Shown: piece by piece, positions 61,536 through 64,000 of the stretch
How the letters are laid out: each line of letters starts with the position of its first letter
Position numbering within the stretch: position 1 is the first letter of the stretch
NCBI RefSeq assembly: GCF_031769215.1
Contig: NW_026782259.1
Span: 1-64,000, forward strand
DNA: 64,000 bases
Direction of reading: 5' to 3'
From: Ylistrum balloti
Taxonomy: Eukaryota
Notes under the pieces: generated by a model
The model's database searches: none
Told to the model about the DNA's origin: nothing
What the model saw: the letters and a program-made list of their open reading frames with translations, nothing else
Program-made: the position numbers and the translations under genes

Positions 61536-62384
61536 ATATGTGGCTGCCCCGTTATGGATATGACAGTCGTATGTATGTACCGTTGTGTATGTCACAGTCT
61601 GGAATACCGTTCTATATGTATATGCAATGTCAAAATGATTTTTGAAACAAAGGTACGATTTTTACAACACAAATGCCGTGAACCACAGCCCCTCTGTTAA
61701 TGAGATCACTATATTAATCAGCAATATGGACCGTTGTCTATTGGGAAGTTGATGGATTTTTTTTTATCTAACTTTTAATTTCATCATGCTAAATGTTCAA
61801 TATCATCACGCTGTGTCTTTTGTAAGATCGTTTGAAGTTTTAAAGGCATTCTATCACCGTGACATTAAGTGGGTAAAGGTCTTACATTTAAACAAACTTC
61901 GTAGCCTTTCATCCCCACATGCTATTGACCCGATATCAGTAACCTCCACCCCAATCCCCGTCGTTTAAAGGAACACATGACGAACGAACGGCGACGAGCA
62001 GAAGAGCTAAAATCTGTTGTTAACCATGCTATTGTTTACCTTTTTAGAGCTAAAAGACATTTTCAATCAAATATTTGGCATGTTTGTGTAAGTGATAGTT
62101 TCAGGTAGGATATTTATAAACATAATCAGGATCGAAATTAGTGTTCATTTGTTTGGGAGGTTCTGTAAATGTTTATTTCATTTTTCACTCTCCCTAGACC
62201 TAAAAGCCGCTGAAAATAGACTGAGTAACCGCCCTCCGGATGTAGATCCTTCATACGGCATTTCCCATATAGCTTCGGGACGTCCATGTTCTCTTTGTCA
62301 AAAAATCAGCTTGATGGTCGTGTAAGTTGATCTCTTTAACCTTCCATATAATACGGGGTCATATGGCTTACTTTTTATTCCTAT

Positions 62385-63500
62385 ATACGGACACCTAACC
62401 ACCCGTATATTATTAAATCCCTCAATAATCCGGACACCTCAGCATCCATACGTAGTAAAATTCCTTCATAATCCGGACATCTTATCACCTGTACACAATA
62501 AAAATAACTCCATAACCAGCCACCTTGACACCTGTACACGAAAAACTCCCCCGTCCCATAAACCAGATACTTCACAATCCATACATAAAACCCCTCCATA
62601 ATCCGAACACCATACCATCCGTATATAATAAAACCCTCCATTATCCGGATACCTGACAATCTATACATAATGAAGTACCTCTGTAATCCGGACATCATAC
62701 CATCAAACAATGAAATTCCTCCATAATCCGGACACCTACATGTACACATTCGTACACGAAAAATTCACTCCATTATCCAGGCACATCATCATCCGTACAT
62801 GATAATATCCTTTGATAATCCGGACAATCACAGTCTGTATATATAAAATTCCCCATAATCCGGACACTTAACCGCCCTTACATAACAAAATATCTATATA
62901 ATCAAGACACTTCACCACACGTACACAATGAAATTCTTGAATGTAACAAAATCCACGCATAATTGGGACACGTCATTATATACACATAGTTAAAACCCCT
63001 TGATAATCCATACTCATCGTTAATTATACATAATAAGGTCAATCCATAAACCAGAAATCTTACAATCAAGACATGATAAAGTCCCTCCATAATCCGAACA
63101 CCTTATCATCCGTACACAATAAAAACTCTCCGGAATCCGGACATTTCCTCAAAAAATTATCACTCCATGATCAGGTCACCTCGCCATCCTTACATAAAAA
63201 AAATCAATCATAATTAGGACACTCCACTATCCGTACGTAAAAATCGTCACTACATAATCCGAAAATCTGACAAGCCAAACATAATGAAGCCAATCCATAA
63301 TCTGGACACCTCGCCATTCGTACTTATACTCCGGAAACAGGATAATTCAGACAAAATGAGTGCCCTTTTTTTATTCGGACACATCGCCATCATTTCATAA
63401 TAAAACCTTCCATAATCCGGATACCTCATCATCCTTATATAATAAAATCCCTCCATTATCCTTCGATAATCCGGACAATCACCATTCATATATATGGTGT
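62385..63500. repeat. Degenerate ~45-bp tandem array
   Basis: Recurring core ccataatccggacacct..catccgtac. Confidence 0.85.
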
Positions 63501-63839
63501 CATCCTTCGTAGAAAGTCTAGACGCCATTCCTCTTAATAAGATTCGGATTTAGCAGGTATCACTGTCAAATTGTCACACAAAAATGTTATTATGTAAGCA
63601 ACTTGTCATTATGTACTAGGAGAAACTAAGTAGTTTCTGTCTTGAGAAATCGGGGAGAGATTAACGTTGTTAATAGTGAGTTTTGAGTGTCAAATGTGTA
63701 TTCGTACAAAAAACGAGGACAGTTGTAAAATATATAATACCGCCCGTTGTTAGTTATGTGAGGGAAGTTCATAGGTCAAATACCAATCCTTTCCTTTATC
63801 CCCACTTCCACTTTTTCTATCTAAATTGAGTTCGATATT

Positions 63840-64000
63840 AGCGCACGACGGCGCCTCTCGCAGCATCTGTTCCGTTGCTATGGAGAAGCGCCTCGGGCAC
63901 ATCATTTTCCTATACCACGCCACTGTTTGTTCCCGAGTAGAGGCCGACAGCGAGCTGCGATCTCGCGCGAAATAGAAACATGGCCCTAGGGTACGTACCC
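63840..64000 (+). promoter_or_regulatory. CpG-rich probable promoter and candidate first coding exon of a gene extending beyond the window
   Basis: CpG-dense stretch, X-box-like GTTGCTATGGAGA, TCTCGCGCGA at 63961 (9/10 match to TCTCGCGAGA), aacATGGCCCTAGG|gtacgt at 63980-63996. Confidence 0.4.

Noticed and set aside
60024-61645. Long Cys-rich or 9-aa-periodic ORFs (CVCDRPVHC, VYVTDLYTV, YRSVTYTAV)
   Set aside because: They arise in all frames and on both strands from a stop-poor 27-bp satellite, are broken by 25/29-bp variants, and have no splice or promoter support.
62381-63528. Minus-strand ORFs with repeated CPDY/GIRI motifs
   Set aside because: Translations of the degenerate ~45-bp array.

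Overview
AT-rich eukaryotic (animal) genomic DNA from a scaffold with two N-gaps. The repeat style suggests a bivalve mollusc, possibly an oyster (inference). Spliced genes were rebuilt by hand from GT-AG sites with reading-frame-consistent exon phases. From left to right: (1) a tandem array of a minus-strand RBR-type E3 ligase-like gene, with two copies in the window and the upstream flank of a third; (2) MDP1 (-), head-to-head with MPPE1/PGAP5 (+); (3) an unrecognised ~479-aa protein ending in a CaaX box (-); (4) dynein light chain roadblock (+), with two duplicated alternative terminal exons; (5) a small single-TM SEL1-like-repeat protein (-); (6) SNRPB (+). The last 7 kb holds satellite arrays and a probable promoter at the window end. 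Several intronic minisatellites and HINE/MITE-like repeat remnants are also present. The most interesting observations are the RBR-like protein that lacks an IBR domain and the usual catalytic His, the duplicated last exons of roadblock, the orphan CaaX protein and the chimeric structure of the tandem array. No prokaryotic-type system (CRISPR, operon) and no rRNA or tRNA gene was seen.
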